A stretch of DNA of 64,000 nucleotides, taken from Octopus bimaculoides. Lineage: Eukaryota. The position numbers were made by a program, and so were the translations under genes. The stretch is from positions 145,360,940-145,424,939 of the forward strand of contig NC_068982.1 in assembly GCF_001194135.2 (NCBI RefSeq), written 5' to 3'. Each line of letters opens with the position of its first letter. Within the stretch, counting starts at the first letter, position 1. Of this stretch, positions 50,488-64,000 are shown piece after piece. The notes below the pieces were generated by a model that saw only the letters and a program-made list of their open reading frames with translations, was not told the origin of the DNA and did no database searches.

Positions 50488-51143
50488 TTGGCTGCATCTG
50501 TAGAAATTTCAAAGTTTAGTGAAAATGTTAAATCTTGGCCTATTGATGTAATTTTGCACAATGAATCTCAGGGTTAATTCACTTTTTCCAGAAATTAAAA
50601 ACAAAAAAAAGTTACAGAGGTTTAAAGTTTGATAATTTCTACCCAATCAGAAAACAAGCTCTGGAAGCTGTGATTTTAGGCGTGACAGCACATGTGGTCA
50701 ACCATAAACAACTGAAATATTGACGGAATTCTGCTTTTCATATTTTTTTTATATTTTGGAATTTAGAGAAAAGTCTTCCGAATTTGTATTCTACACACAA
50801 AACTTCATACGATTATGTAAAAACCACCTCACAAAAAAGAAAAAGATTTTGGAGCATGATATATCTCACGACCATCATTTAATAAACTAAAAATGACCGC
50901 GTGAGTAAGCAGCTTGATGACAACTTGGCTCGTTACAACGGAAACAAGCACTATATGTCTGTGGCTTTCGATTGGCTAAAATTACCCAAAATTTACAAAC
51001 TTTAAAAAGCTATTAACTCTTTATTTATTAATTTATCCGAAAATGAATTTCATGACAATGATTACTTTACAAAACTACATCAATACGCTAAATATGAAAT
51101 TAATTGGAACAAAAATTGAAACAATTGAAAAGTGGCAGCTAAA
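50488..51143. mobile_element. MITE with ~150-bp diverged inverted arms
   Basis: TTTAAAGTTTG (50621-50631) and its reverse complement (50996-51006); tattgatgta.ttttg shared by both arms; CCAAT at the inner end of each arm. Confidence 0.55.
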
Positions 51144-51189
51144 CAGAAATGATCCTCCATACACGGACACATACATATCTATGAGACAG

Positions 51190-51305
51190 GATTCTACACC
51201 AATTCTTTGAATCAAATTCACTCACAAGGTATTGTTCGGCCTGGAATATCGTAATAAACACTTTCCCAAGTTATCGCACAAGGGGCCTGAACCTGAAACT
51301 ATTCT
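51190..51305 (-). mobile_element. Degenerate SINE fragment (same family as 29.5 kb)
   Basis: aaattcactcacaaggtattgttcggcc...acactttcccaag...ctgaacctgaaac. Confidence 0.55.
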
Positions 51306-53438
51306 TAACTATGCTTCTGTTTATGTATGTTCTGTCTGTTAATATTTTCCTATATAAACTTGTATTTTTGAGTGCATTGCTTCTTGTTTTAAATGCATAG
51401 TGTTTGCCAGTAAGATGTCGTATTTGTATGGCAAATATAGCAGGTGTTCACGTCTAGTTTACAATAGCCATGTTTGCAATTAAATTTATGAAACATTTTG
51501 GTCATTAGTAGGTTGATTGATTACTTGGCTGCTTTCGTTGCGAATGACAATGCTTTGAATATTTGAGAAATTTGTAGTATATTATTAGTGGTGGTGTATC
51601 TGATACTGTTATGCATTATACATCCTATCTTAGTTTTGTTTCTTTGCTAACGTCATGAATAAGTCTGTATTTCGTTTGCATTAGATTCATGTAATATAGA
51701 TTAGCTATTGTTTGTGTATTTTTAAAATGTACTTGGTGTATAGTGTATTTATTTTGATGTATTTGTTTTTACACTGTCTGATGGTTTCCGTACATGTGTT
51801 AGTATATTCGTTGTAAAATAGTGTCTGTTTATTCTGAGTATTTCCTGATCCAGCGGATCGTTCTGTGGTGGAGAACCCAAAAGTCCTTTAAATAGATATT
51901 TCATCGTGGCACTTTGTATCTGTGTGGAGATTCTTTTTCACCATGTAATTATATGCATTTACACACACACACACACACGAACACACACACACATACACTC
52001 ACACACGCACAGTCCACACCACACTCGTACACACACCCTTATACACACACTAATAAATACTCACACATGTACACACACATGTACACACACATATATAATA
52101 TATATGTATATATACACATATATTCTTATACATACATTTCATATAGTTATGTGCGCGTGTGTGTGTGTCTGTGCGCGTATCTTTGTGTGTATAAATACAC
52201 GCAGTGTGCGTGAATGATTTACATTCAACATTTTGCCTTGCTTTATTTGACCTATAATCATAGACATTTCTAAAGTGTCCCCTCAGACTTCATCTTACAA
52301 CGCGTAGCAAGGACAACACAATTCATGTTTTATACTTGATTCAACAATAAATATGAGATAGTTGTGACTGTTGTTTCTATCCGGTCGAGTCCACATTTAT
52401 CTTATGTCATATGCTTGTGTGTGTGTGTCCGTGTGGTTTGGTAATTTATTCCTATTTTGCAAAATAATATCTACCTTCTTATTACGTAACTTTGTGTTCA
52501 GTTTATGCGGGAAGGGAAGGTTAAGTTCGTAGAATAATTTTCTGAACAGCGATGTTTATTTTGGGAGGTGTTTGGTTAAACTTGACTGCAGTGCAAATAC
52601 GATAGAGAATGTTATCATATCGTTTACAATACTTGCTCAGACTCATATTTTTTCCAGCATAATTTTCTTTTAATCAGCGATAATTGCACGCACGAAATAT
52701 AGTGATAACCGCGTTAGATGGCAAACAATGATGGCAATAGCAGACAACAAACGAAAAACGACAACTACGAATGTGACAACAAAGACAAGAAAACACTAAT
52801 GACAAAAGCAACTACAAAATTAATAGATGTTACTAGATTAACTAAAAGAATGCATTGAGAATGAGTAAAGTGGTGAAGAAACAAAAACGTCTAATATACA
52901 AAAACGTAAAAATACTAGCAATATTAAATAAATAACGCAAAGTGTGAAAGATTTTAAAAAATTATATCAGATAATGAACTAACTAGAACAAAACAGCAAT
53001 TAAGTGTATGATAAAACCGGCGTCATCGTCGTTATCTTCAGCATCGTCATCATCATCTTCATCACGACAGCAATAAAAACGACTACAAATGTGATGGTTT
53101 TACGAAGAAAATAATAACAGTAACAGAAAAGGCAACAACGATTTGATGTCGTTTTAAACAATAGCAAAAGCGATCGCTGCGAAACCGGTTGCAATAACTA
53201 CATAATTAAGTTAACACCGGATCATGAAGGACCTTCAACGTAAACGTCCTAATTACAAGAAGTAGCGACTGCTTTCCTCAATTCTCACCTTACAGTCTTA
53301 GATAAACGAAGAACATTTTCGATAATAATGGAAGATATTTGATCAAAGTATGTTCGATCAAGACTGACGCGGTATTATAATTAAAATCAAACAATTGTCT
53401 CAAGAAGCGAAATATTGTTTGCACCAATTGATTCAGTA

Positions 53439-53483
<45 letters not shown>

Positions 53484-53639
53484 NNNNNNNNNNACACACA
53501 CACACAGATACACACACGTGCACACACTCACACACACACACACACACACACGCTTGCTCGGACGCGCGCACACACACATACAAAAGCTAACTAGATAACA
53601 CCTAATAAAATAAACTATCTTTTCAAACTACGAGCAAAG

Positions 53640-53960
53640 GAGGCTCCTTGCTATTCTATTAATCTTATTAAGGAAGTAGAACGTTGCAGCACTAATTAGG
53701 ATTAACGTATCTGATCGTGTTGCTTTCGAAATATTTTATCAGGAGTGAGTGTAAAGGAGTTAGGGAGGTCTTTCAGGAATTTAGGTAAGTTCATTCGGAG
53801 ATCATTTGTCATGCTAGACTATCTTTGAGATATCGTTCCACAAGGGAAAGACCCTAGTTGCTATGCTATCTTATCTATTACTGTAAAGCGAATGCAAGTA
53901 TAGTGAAATATTTATTCCAATTGTTTAAATTCTAAGACTAAATAACCGTCCTCATTACAT
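53640..53960 (-). mobile_element. Decayed CR1-like LINE 3' end
   Basis: Minus-strand remnants resembling FK..LDKFL..LPD.P and AATSNSL typical of invertebrate CR1 C-termini; heavily decayed. Confidence 0.35.
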
Positions 53961-55329
53961 ATTCAATATATTCTTTCCGGATGGGACTATTTGAATATAG
54001 CAGTGTTCGTGGAAAAGCGAAATAACATTCATACGCTGAAATTGTGGACCTCAAGAAAAATTATCACATATTATTAATTAAATAAAACAGAATGCCGAAA
54101 ATATTACGGAAACTGGCACCCCTATCAGACGAGCTTGTTTGTATTTAGTTATACAGTTCTCCATAAGTATTGACAGGAATATTGTAATTTCAGAACTAAA
54201 ACATGAAATTCATCCCTTTCTGATGAAGGAATTCTTAACATCTTTGATGGTAGCTACCAACGTGGACCGTATGATATTTGCTAACACTGGTTTTAACAAA
54301 CTATTATCTATATAACTATTTATAGTGTTGATATTTTACTAGCAACATCGATTATGCAGACATATGTTTAAAAATATCCTTGCTGCGTCCATTCCGTCAT
54401 TTCAGTTAACTGGATAATAATTTCATCCAATGAAAGGTCTCTTAATTCAAAATTGCACAGTGTGATTTTAGGGAAATTTAGCCGCAATTTCTAAGTGATC
54501 GCGTGACATGGCAGAAGCGGCAACAATATATTTCAGACAACATCCTATCTTAAATAAGAAGGAGGTATTGGATGTTTTGTTAAGAAAGAGTTACAGAGCC
54601 ACAGTTAGAAAACTTCGGATCATCTGTCTGCTCCATCAGATTTTACCGTAAGGTAAATAACAGCAATGACACTGACTGCAATTCAAGAGAATATTACTAA
54701 CTTAGAATTTCGCATGCGTGGACAAAAAAGTATAAATATAAAAAAAGTGCTTTGCCTTGAGGAGGAATTAGTGTTACAATGACTGCCATAATTATTGCAT
54801 AAAGAGTGATGTCTTTTTTTTCCATTATACTCTCACTGCTTTCGATTTGTCTATATTGTACAATTAGAAAAGTCAGTTTCCAACGAATGGTGCTGTACGA
54901 AACGTTATGTTATTGCTCTTTCTCGAGGCAAACTAAGTTTCAAGTTAAGGATATTTCTTGAAATGTTATATTGTTCGTTTTCTTTGTGTTAAATATATTT
55001 CACTTTGAAATGTTTATATTCACTAAATCCTGATATAGATCATAACTAATTTACATGGACTTATCTATTTGCTGTATTAGAATGCATTACCTGTATATAT
55101 GTGTGTATTTGAGTGCGCAACATGGGAATGCTTGTGTGTACGAGTCACTTAAATAACCAAATAGCCCCCACACATAATATATGTAATCTATTTCAATATA
55201 AAGTTTTCGTCGTGTAGTCCTAGGTAACGCCTCGAACTGTGATATGATATGGAGTCATTTGATTGAACTACAAGGTACGACCCACACATCTTTTTGTCAA
55301 CATCAGGTCCGTAAGATTACGCAGCGCTC

Positions 55330-57050
55330 GTCGACATGCAGAGATGAATTGTATGATGTAAAGTCTTAATCTGAAGATGAAGAACTATTCCCACTCTCTG
55401 GTGTATTTCTGTTGCCTGTAAATTATGGTGGTGACTGCAGCGAAGGTAGGTTAGAAGTATTCTGCTAGAGCACTGCATTTGGGGTTCATCTGCGTTTGCC
55501 TTTAACACTACAACTCATCATAGCTGTGGGCGTGTGTGAAATTTGTAGTAATTTAAATGTGATAAGAAAGGAGGTTTTGGATTAGATAGATAATATTTAA
55601 GGCTGTTGTTGAAGAGAACATTTGAGATGATTTTTCGTAATATTTGAGTGGTGTTGTAGCAGTGTCTTAAGGACGATGAGATGGGGTGTGTGTCGTATAA
55701 TCTTCGAATGTGGGGTATCTGTTTCGTTTGTGTAAGAATGGCAATGTCATGTAGTTTTATTTGAAAAATAGATGGCGGAACTCGCGGACTTGTTCCAGAA
55801 AATGCTGATCGTAATATTGTTCATATACGATTTATTGGTTGAGCGACTTGACAAATTAAATGATAGATCATTTGTTTTATTTATTTAGACAGGACTTAGT
55901 ATTTTTTTGCATGATTAGATAGTAGGAAATAGAGTCAGAACGTATACCTGTTGTGCGTTGTAGGTTTATGTTACTTAAAACATCATGTAACTTCCTGTGG
56001 TAGATTTACGAGTAGTGAGGTCGTTGACTATGATGAGCTGAATGTATAACTGTGATTTGGGGAATATTTGGGGATTAAGGACGTCCAGGATTAAACATTG
56101 TAGAAATTTAGGGGGATTACACAGAAGTGAGTGGTATATTTTCAGTTATTTCAGTGAATGTTGGTGCGTGCAGTGATTACATCCAGCCAAGCGTGCTTTC
56201 AAGTATTTCTTTGTGATTTTGTCCAATTCTGAGCTATTTTTCAGTTAAGTTCCCCTATCGATTTTGGGTGATGGAAGAAAAAAAAGTAGTCTTCTATTTG
56301 CGCTTTTGTTTCTCTCTTAGTGTGATTTACGCTGGATGATTTCTAAGAAATGTCTTAGAAGAACAGTACTATTTGAGGTCCTTTTTGTGAAATATAGTGT
56401 AGTATGATTATTGTTGTTGCTGACTCCACCAATTCCCTTATGTTATGTTTGTACTTTTTATTAGATAGACACTTTCACCAATTTTTTGTCACTGTAGTTT
56501 ACTTTCATTTAGTATATTTTTATTTACTCATTTAATAATTAAACCTTATTTGTGCTGTATGAGATTCGGATGTATTGGCTGTCTCTGTTGTGTATAGCCT
56601 TGGCTAATACTAATCCAAATCTGGGTTTTCTACTTTAACTAACGGGATACGGCTTTTTGGATGTGACTATAATTATGCTATTCTATGTTTATACTGCAGT
56701 ATCTGGAGTAATTATGATGCTGGTGAATTATGAAAGGACTGAGTCTGATGCAATACATGCCACGCTGCAATGTTGAATTTAGAATAAGTTATTTTGCGTT
56801 CTTCATTGATAATTGTTACGAGATCTGAAGAGGTTGTGGAATTTGTCGTCAACCAGTTTGTAGACTTCTTGTATGTAACACTGCAGATGTCTCACGAAGA
56901 ATTGTTATTGTTGACTTGGTGTCTTGTGTTGGTGAGTAGCGTTAAGGATGAAAGCCTAGTTTAGTTGCAGTAATATCATAATTCGGCTTTTGTTATATGA
57001 TATATGTAATAGTTGATAAGTAGGTGTGATTGCATTGGATCTCACACGCT
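55330..57050 (-). mobile_element. Heavily decayed Penelope-like element (tentative)
   Basis: Strong A/C skew on the minus strand. NNSLKYYLSNPKPPFLSHLNYYKF and NPKCSALAEY resemble the PLE GIY-YIG region (NTLRS.L..PK..P....NVVYKF; SA.AEH). The upstream extent is a guess. Confidence 0.35.
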
Positions 57051-57119
57051 ATCAATATCTATGAGTTAAGGTAATGTGTGGGAAAAATTAATTTTTTGCG
57101 AATCTTGGATGTGAGACTG

Positions 57120-57120
<1 letters not shown>

Positions 57121-57160
<40 letters not shown>

Positions 57161-57161
57161 G

Positions 57162-57250
<89 letters not shown>
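57121..57250. repeat. (TCAA)n-(TCTA)n microsatellite
   Basis: Direct reading. Confidence 0.98.
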
Positions 57251-57775
57251 GTGAGTGTATATGCGTATGAGAGTGTGTGTGAGTGTTAATGTACTTTTAT
57301 ATATGAATGTGTTTTGTGTTACCGGGTTTTTAAAAATTTACATTTTCAGTCGAGGTTTGTTTCCTATTGCATTACGAATGTTTTATAAAACCGCTAATGT
57401 TTTGTGAATACGTGTCTTGTCTGAATGTCGCATGTTATAACTCAATTCTGCCAATTCCATAAAAAATATTTCCAATGTTAATAATATTTAGTCGTGCGTT
57501 TACGAAGTTTATTCTCGTTTATATAATGTTTTAAGTGTGTTAGCCACGAGGTTTCTAGATAGTCAACCTCTTGGCAAAAAACCTTAGTGAAATTTTTTTC
57601 AAACACTAATCACATAAGAATTCCCAAATAATGGTCAATATTGTGTTACATGCATTTGCATACATATATAATCATAAAATCGTTGTACAAATAGCATTCA
57701 GTCAGAGATATTTACAAACATATACTTAGAATATATGCATATATATGGTTCTGAATTTATGTATGTATGTGTGTG

Positions 57776-57820
<45 letters not shown>

Positions 57821-57849
57821 CATACATACATACATACATACATACATAC

Positions 57850-57927
<78 letters not shown>

Positions 57928-59426
57928 GTATGTATATATATGTACACGAAAATATACATCAATGTAGGTATATGCAAGTGGAATTACATTTGCGTGTATC
58001 CCTGTTCCGATTTTGTCCTAATATAAAGGCGTAAATCAATATTCAATAACAGCAACAGAAACAACAACAACAATATTAATAATATTAATGATAATGTTCC
58101 ATATTCTATATCTTTGTCTCATTCACTTGCTAAATTCTATATCACGCTAATATCTTATATTTCAAAAATAAATATAAACTTAGAAAAAGATGCTTCTATT
58201 TTCTCCTCACTAAACGTACCGTAAGTATACCCGCTCGCAGGCGTTCAGTGAAACTGAGTGATTGGTTTCGATCGATAATCAATTCTCATTTCTCTTTCTA
58301 TAGTAGAATATTTTTGTAAAATTTTCTTTTATTAGTTATATAGTGTTTCCTAGTTTTGTTTGCATTTTATTAATCAGCTGCGGCAATAGTAGCAGCTGAG
58401 GCTGTTTAAAGTTTTCTATTATACTTCCATAGTTGATGTTTTATATTTTCAATCTTAGTCTGTGTGTTATGTACATAATGGACAGTTTTATGTTACATGT
58501 ATGATAGAAACTGACTTCGCAACTACAAAAATCTTTTAAGTGGATTAATGCTTCAGTCTGTAAAATCCTTGCCTTTAGAATGAATATTACTATTTTCTGT
58601 ATGTGCATAAGCACGTGAGTATGTACGTAGTGTATGTATATGCATGTGTTTGTGCACACATTTCTATAAATACCCTGGTATATAGGCAAGTAGCATAATT
58701 TGCACATTCATATACAGAAGTACATACGTATATAGACATAAACATATGTGTGCATGAATATATGTATGTCCATTTGCAAGTGTGTGTATATGTATATGCA
58801 CATATACATACATTTTGCATATATCTGCAGATCCATGTAACGATCCATGTAGCCATTTATGCATCCATCCGTCTGTATGTCTGTCTATCTATCAGTTCTT
58901 CTTCTCCTGTCTCTGTCTGTCTCTCTCTGTGTCTCTCTCTCAGTGATAGATAGTGGTGATAATGATATACGTACGCTACTACAAAATATCAAAGTAGTCA
59001 TCCATAGTGGGAGACATGTAATTTTCTTGAGTTTAAAGGGATTTTGATATCTCAGTGCGTATCCTGAATTTGCTCGTTAAGTAGATTAAGTAAAAATATT
59101 TTGCAACACTACTGTAAACACAACTAAAATATTACGTGGTAAATCTTGCCGAAGCTAATACTTGCAATGCATTCATATTTTGAATAATATATATCTGTCA
59201 CATTTTGCAAAAGAGTATTACTTAGAAAGTGTTGGGTCCATTTCTATCAGATCATGTTACATATTGAATAGAGGATAATGGGGATTTGTTTAAGGAAGGT
59301 GCAGGAACTTAAATATGATTTATATTGAGAGGTGGTTTTCAGGAACAGCCTTGGGAGTGAGAGCAATAATGAATGTTTAAGAAGTTTGCAGCGATATAAA
59401 TAAAATATTGGATATATAAATATACT

Positions 59427-59463
<37 letters not shown>

Positions 59464-60109
59464 GTAAACAGACAGGAAATGAGCTGTGATTGCCATGGGA
59501 AGGTACAGATGAATTAGCAAAAGATGATATGAAGGTCTAGGTAATCCATAGATGAAACTACTAAGAGATATATTACTTTTCCAGAAATTCCGAAACTTTC
59601 ATAACTAATAAGAAAAGGAAGAAAACCTGAATATGAAACAGATTAAAGTATATGAATTTTATATGGCATTTATTTAGAGTTATGTTCTGACAGTTTGCGT
59701 GGATAAAGCTTCTCATAAAATATAGACACATTTACTCAATCTAGAGAGAATATATTCCTACTTACTGCTAACTGTGCTGTTGCATGAAGGTTTCTAGGAG
59801 TTATGGAAGGGAATCTCTTCATATTAAGCTATACTTGATACGTTAGTGTAGGTTGAAGCTGATTGTTATAATGACATAAATAACAGAAAGTTTGGCTGCA
59901 TAATTGAATTTCAAACAAAATGCAATAAGAAAAATATAAACCCCAGCTAGGGGTTTATTGACCACTTTAATGCTACTACCAATATGCCTAAAAGTCTTTA
60001 AGCAATAATTTAGAATATGTTTATACCTATGAATATAAACATTGTAAAATATATTTTTACAGTACAAGTAGGACTGATGAATTCTAACGTCTGAATATAT
60101 TTTTATTTA

Positions 60110-60396
60110 TTGTGTCGGGAAGAAGGGACGTTGCACCTTTACCGTTGAAGGTCTTTAGAGACAAGTGGCCTTGATATCATTAATGTTCCGTTTAGTCTCT
60201 TGTAGGCCAACACCTGCCGGATCGAAATGAGAAGAGAAAAGGTTTCAGAGGGCCGATATTCACTTCTTTCGAGAAAGAACTGAACATCATGGTTTGTGTG
60301 GCACCGAGCGGTTTGCACGAGAGGTGAAAAAAATGAGTGGTGGCGGTACGGGAACAGTATGCTCCGAAGAACAGACACTATTACAATAGCAAACGA

Positions 60397-60456
<60 letters not shown>

Positions 60457-61278
60457 AGAATTATGAGAGAGATGAGAGAGATGAGAGAGATGAGAGGGAT
60501 GAGACAGTATATCTGTAGGACAGACGATAAACCGTGTCGGATAGTGATGGAGTGCTAATCAGCCAAATGACCCGTCTTGTTGCAATCCAGGTTGTCTGTG
60601 CAGGGAGTAGCAGCATCGTTCTAGATGTGGGTGTCTAATTCCAATACAGGCTTCACTCGCGCCTTGTAGAAAGTCAGCGGAGGTTGGGGACTGAAATATT
60701 TTCTAGTTCGGAAGAGGACGACCAGTCTTTTGGATATTATCCTAGTTTTGATAAAGAATGAGTTTTCACCAAAAATGGTTTTCATTGATACCCAGGTTCA
60801 GTATTGAGTGAATGTGAGGCCTCTAGTTGCATGCCATCATCCATCTTCAGTGGATTTCGGTGCGGTTCAGTGACTTCGTTGTTCATAATGCTTGAGTATT
60901 TTTTGCTGTCAGAATAATCAATGCTGGAAGAAAGTTATTCTCAAGATCCCCGTTTTTGTAATCGATGCATATTTAGTATATGGTATTTAGAGTCAGTTCC
61001 GATGACGTATGGTGAGAAAAAAATCAGAGAAAAAGGAAAGGTTGTGTCATTTGCATAAAAGTGGACGTTGTTGGATATGGTAGAATCTAAGTCATTGATA
61101 CATAGAAGTAATATAGTAGTGGCAGGACAATACCGAATCCTGGCAATGACTAGAGCTGGAAAGGACTCCATCAATACATATCCGCTTTAATCGGAGACTA
61201 CAATGGAAGAATTTGCTGATGTCGAAGGCAACAAAATTTCTTTCCCGGAACTTGTCTAAAGTGAAATCCTACTAGTAT

Positions 61279-61338
<60 letters not shown>

Positions 61339-61830
61339 CACACACACACACACAAGATTAGATCTCCAGTAGATCTGGTTCTGCGGAAGCCGTAGTGGAT
61401 GTCCGTGAGGAGAGAGAGGCTCAAAGTGTTGGATAGGTTCAGAGTTAATGGCTGCCTTCGTTATCTTAGAGATGTTCGAGGTGAGAACAAGAAGACAATA
61501 TTTGGCTGGATCTGAGAGATTTCTTTCCTTAGAATGGAAAACACTAAATGTCGCCAAATATCAAAGTATACGACCAAAGATTAAGAAATTGAAGAATTTG
61601 GTGAATATAACAGCAACTTCTGGAATTCAACATTTGAGTTTAATAGAAATATTATTTTCAGGGCCTGTAGCTTTACCTGTTTGAAGGAATTGGAAGTATT
61701 TCATTACATTGCCTTTGTGTATGTGGGATGAGGAAAGTGGAGAGTGGTTGGGTTAAATGGATAGATTTGGCAGGAGTTTTACCGAAGGATGTGTAGTGTG
61801 GCTGTTGTTCCAAGAAAAAAAAATGGAACG
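60110..61830 (-). mobile_element. CR1-like LINE, RT and 3' end, interrupted by two microsatellites
   Basis: KERNLSDPAKY...LTSNISKI...HYGFRRTRSTGDL...FVAFDISK...LLCINDL...VHFYANDTT...RKYFSPQPPLTFYKARVKPVLE...YCNSVCSSE..VPVPPPL. Confidence 0.85.
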
Positions 61831-63961
61831 AAAGGAGTAACAAGTCTTCTAATAAGGACCAAAATTGAACTATATGTCAAACGTTTCTGCATTGTATTGA
61901 TTCACGAATTAACTTGTTTTAATTACATTTGTCGATACACATCCTCGGACAATAGCTGTTTTCCATGACTTAGTTCATGACAAATTCTTTGATTCAAACG
62001 AAAAAATTATGGATTATCAGCATATTTTACAAAATACTTTTTATCACACTCGACATCAGGAAATTAAATATATGCATGTGTGCACGTGAGTGTGATGACA
62101 CGTGTGTATATCTGTATGTGCATTGGAAAAAAACTTTTGCAAAACTACCTGGTATAAAATCGGAGCTGAGAATGGAAATTTCTCACTGGAAAGAGACATA
62201 CAGCAAAGCATAAATTTAGCAGAACTTTTTGTTCAATTGATTTTCCAGCTACTTTTTTTCCTATTAAGCTATTGAGAGATATTATCATCCCACGTATCCC
62301 ATTATTGAAAGTGAGATATTTTCTGATTTTGTACATATTTAAAACATTTTGTTCTACATTAATTAAAGGTTCATTGAAACAGCCTATGCATTCACCTACA
62401 AAAGCTTTCATCCATAAGAAATTTCCGCTCATATCTACAAAATGTTTCCTAATTTTAACCATTTCCATGTAATCTTTGCACAGTTAGCTTTGATCAATCT
62501 ATTCTCATAGATTTTGATAAAGGTCGTTATTTCAATGGCTCTTCATTTTACCAATTCGAAACTGAATGTTTCGAGACTTGAATAAATCATTTTAGATAAC
62601 ATTATGTCGTCTAGACTTATAAAACGAGATATAGTTATATATTCTAACAATTGTATACTTGAGTATATCAGCCACTATATTTTATGACTTGAAGTCAACT
62701 TACAAACTTTCTAAAATCAGGATTGCTTTGAATATGTTACGTGTCTCCTCATAGAAAAGGTAATATATATGGAATTAGTTCCAATACTTGCGTTATTTTT
62801 CCACTTCGATGATTTTACAATATATATGGATTAATTCCCCATTAGAAGTAAACCGTTGGCACTGTAGGGAAACATATCAGTATATCAGACCTTAAGTTGC
62901 TATGAGAACTAGAAGCATTTATCACAAGTGAAACCATGTCCATAATCATAAAATGTGAAAGACAAGTCAGTAGAGAAAATCAATGTGTATAATTTTTATT
63001 AGCAAAATAGAGACATTTTCTTTCCCTCAAATAAATGTTATACAAATCAAAATACATTATTTTGAAAAGTAAGAGAAATGTTTGTACAATATAGTTGATT
63101 CAAAAGATATCCTAAAATTTATGAAACACCTAGTTGTAGAATGTGTTCATTGTAATGGAATCTCGTATTGTTTTTGAAAACAACGTTATATAGTTAAGTT
63201 AATGTTAGCATATTTAATGCAGGAAGCATTTAAAAGAATTCATCTTTATATTCAAATATTTGTTAAAGATTTATGACTCTTTCCTCAATGAGGATTATTA
63301 TTTAATCTTTGATTATATTATATGCTCATATAAAACAATATTAAATAACTAATATAAAAGATAATTGCTAATTTAGTGCTTAAATTACTGTTTATGGCTA
63401 CTGCTGGGGGAAAAGGCCCTCTTAAATTATTCAGGCTGTACGGAAAGTGTGGAATTAGTTTACAATTGAAATTTAAGTCCAAAATTTACGAACCGGCTTA
63501 AAACCAATCTCGTCACACTAAAACAACAAATTCATTATATAGAGGTATAAAATGTTAATTACTTTGGAATGAACATGGAACAAGCATTTGATTAGAGTTA
63601 TATTAGAGTTATTACTGATGTCATCAATTGAACAGTAAAAGAGAAAGTAATGGCTAATGAAAGAATTAGCTGACTACCAAATTTCAATACTGTTTTGCGC
63701 GGTTCTTTATTGATCACTACCGAATTCGTACACACTGACATCCAAAGAAGCAACATGAGCAATTGCTTTGACAAAATAACATCTTGGACCTATAAGACAA
63801 CAAAACTATTGAAAACTCTTGTATGCTTCACAGATGACGTCATATTATATAATGTTTAGTATCATGTTAATGCGCACACGCATGCATCACCCACCACAAA
63901 AACAGATGATACGAAGAACACTTTGTAATAAATTGACAACTATGAGACGCTTGTTTTCAGC

Positions 63962-64000
<39 letters not shown>

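Noticed and set aside
54220-54260. CTGATGAAGG hammerhead-like start (also CTGAAGA-GGTTG..CAACC at 56825, CTGACGA-TGGC..GCC on minus at 45707, and CTGATGA on minus near 23122)
   Set aside because: Each lacks a correctly placed GAAA and/or a pairable stem I or III; a 7-mer core alone is expected by chance.
62145-62468. 107-aa minus-strand ORF
   Set aside because: No homology recognised; it reads through a strong acceptor and looks like intron-type AT-rich sequence.

Overview
AT-rich, microsatellite-dense, gapped eukaryotic genomic DNA. The tRNA-derived SINE families, the LINE spectrum and the (CA)n/(TA)n/(GATA)n/(AAT)n load match my recollection of octopus (Octopus sp.) sequence; this is an inference, not a database result. 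I recognise no host protein-coding gene, so the window is probably intergenic or inside a very large intron. Almost all listed ORFs are artefacts of microsatellites or N-gaps. What can be supported: many SINE copies (at least four families), decayed non-LTR retrotransposons (RTE-BovB-like, RTE-X-like, Dong/R4-like with restriction-like endonuclease, Tx1/L1-like, CR1-like), Penelope-like element (PLE) fragments, MITEs (including a mariner-type one) and a probable solo LTR. The best candidate for something new is a minimal type I hammerhead ribozyme fold at 1466-1516 (minus strand). Its conserved C3:G8 tertiary pair appears compensatorily swapped to G3:C8. It lies in a ~207-bp non-coding insertion with a 7-bp target-site duplication, and an empty site is visible in the neighbouring tandem copy. 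Three further degenerate hammerhead-like motifs occur at ~42.8, 48.85 and 50.1 kb. Other notable items are an RTE copy with a twin-priming-type 5' inversion and a same-strand cluster of Dong/R4 elements sitting in (AAT)n tracts. All coordinates were read by eye; fragment boundaries are approximate unless a TSD is given.
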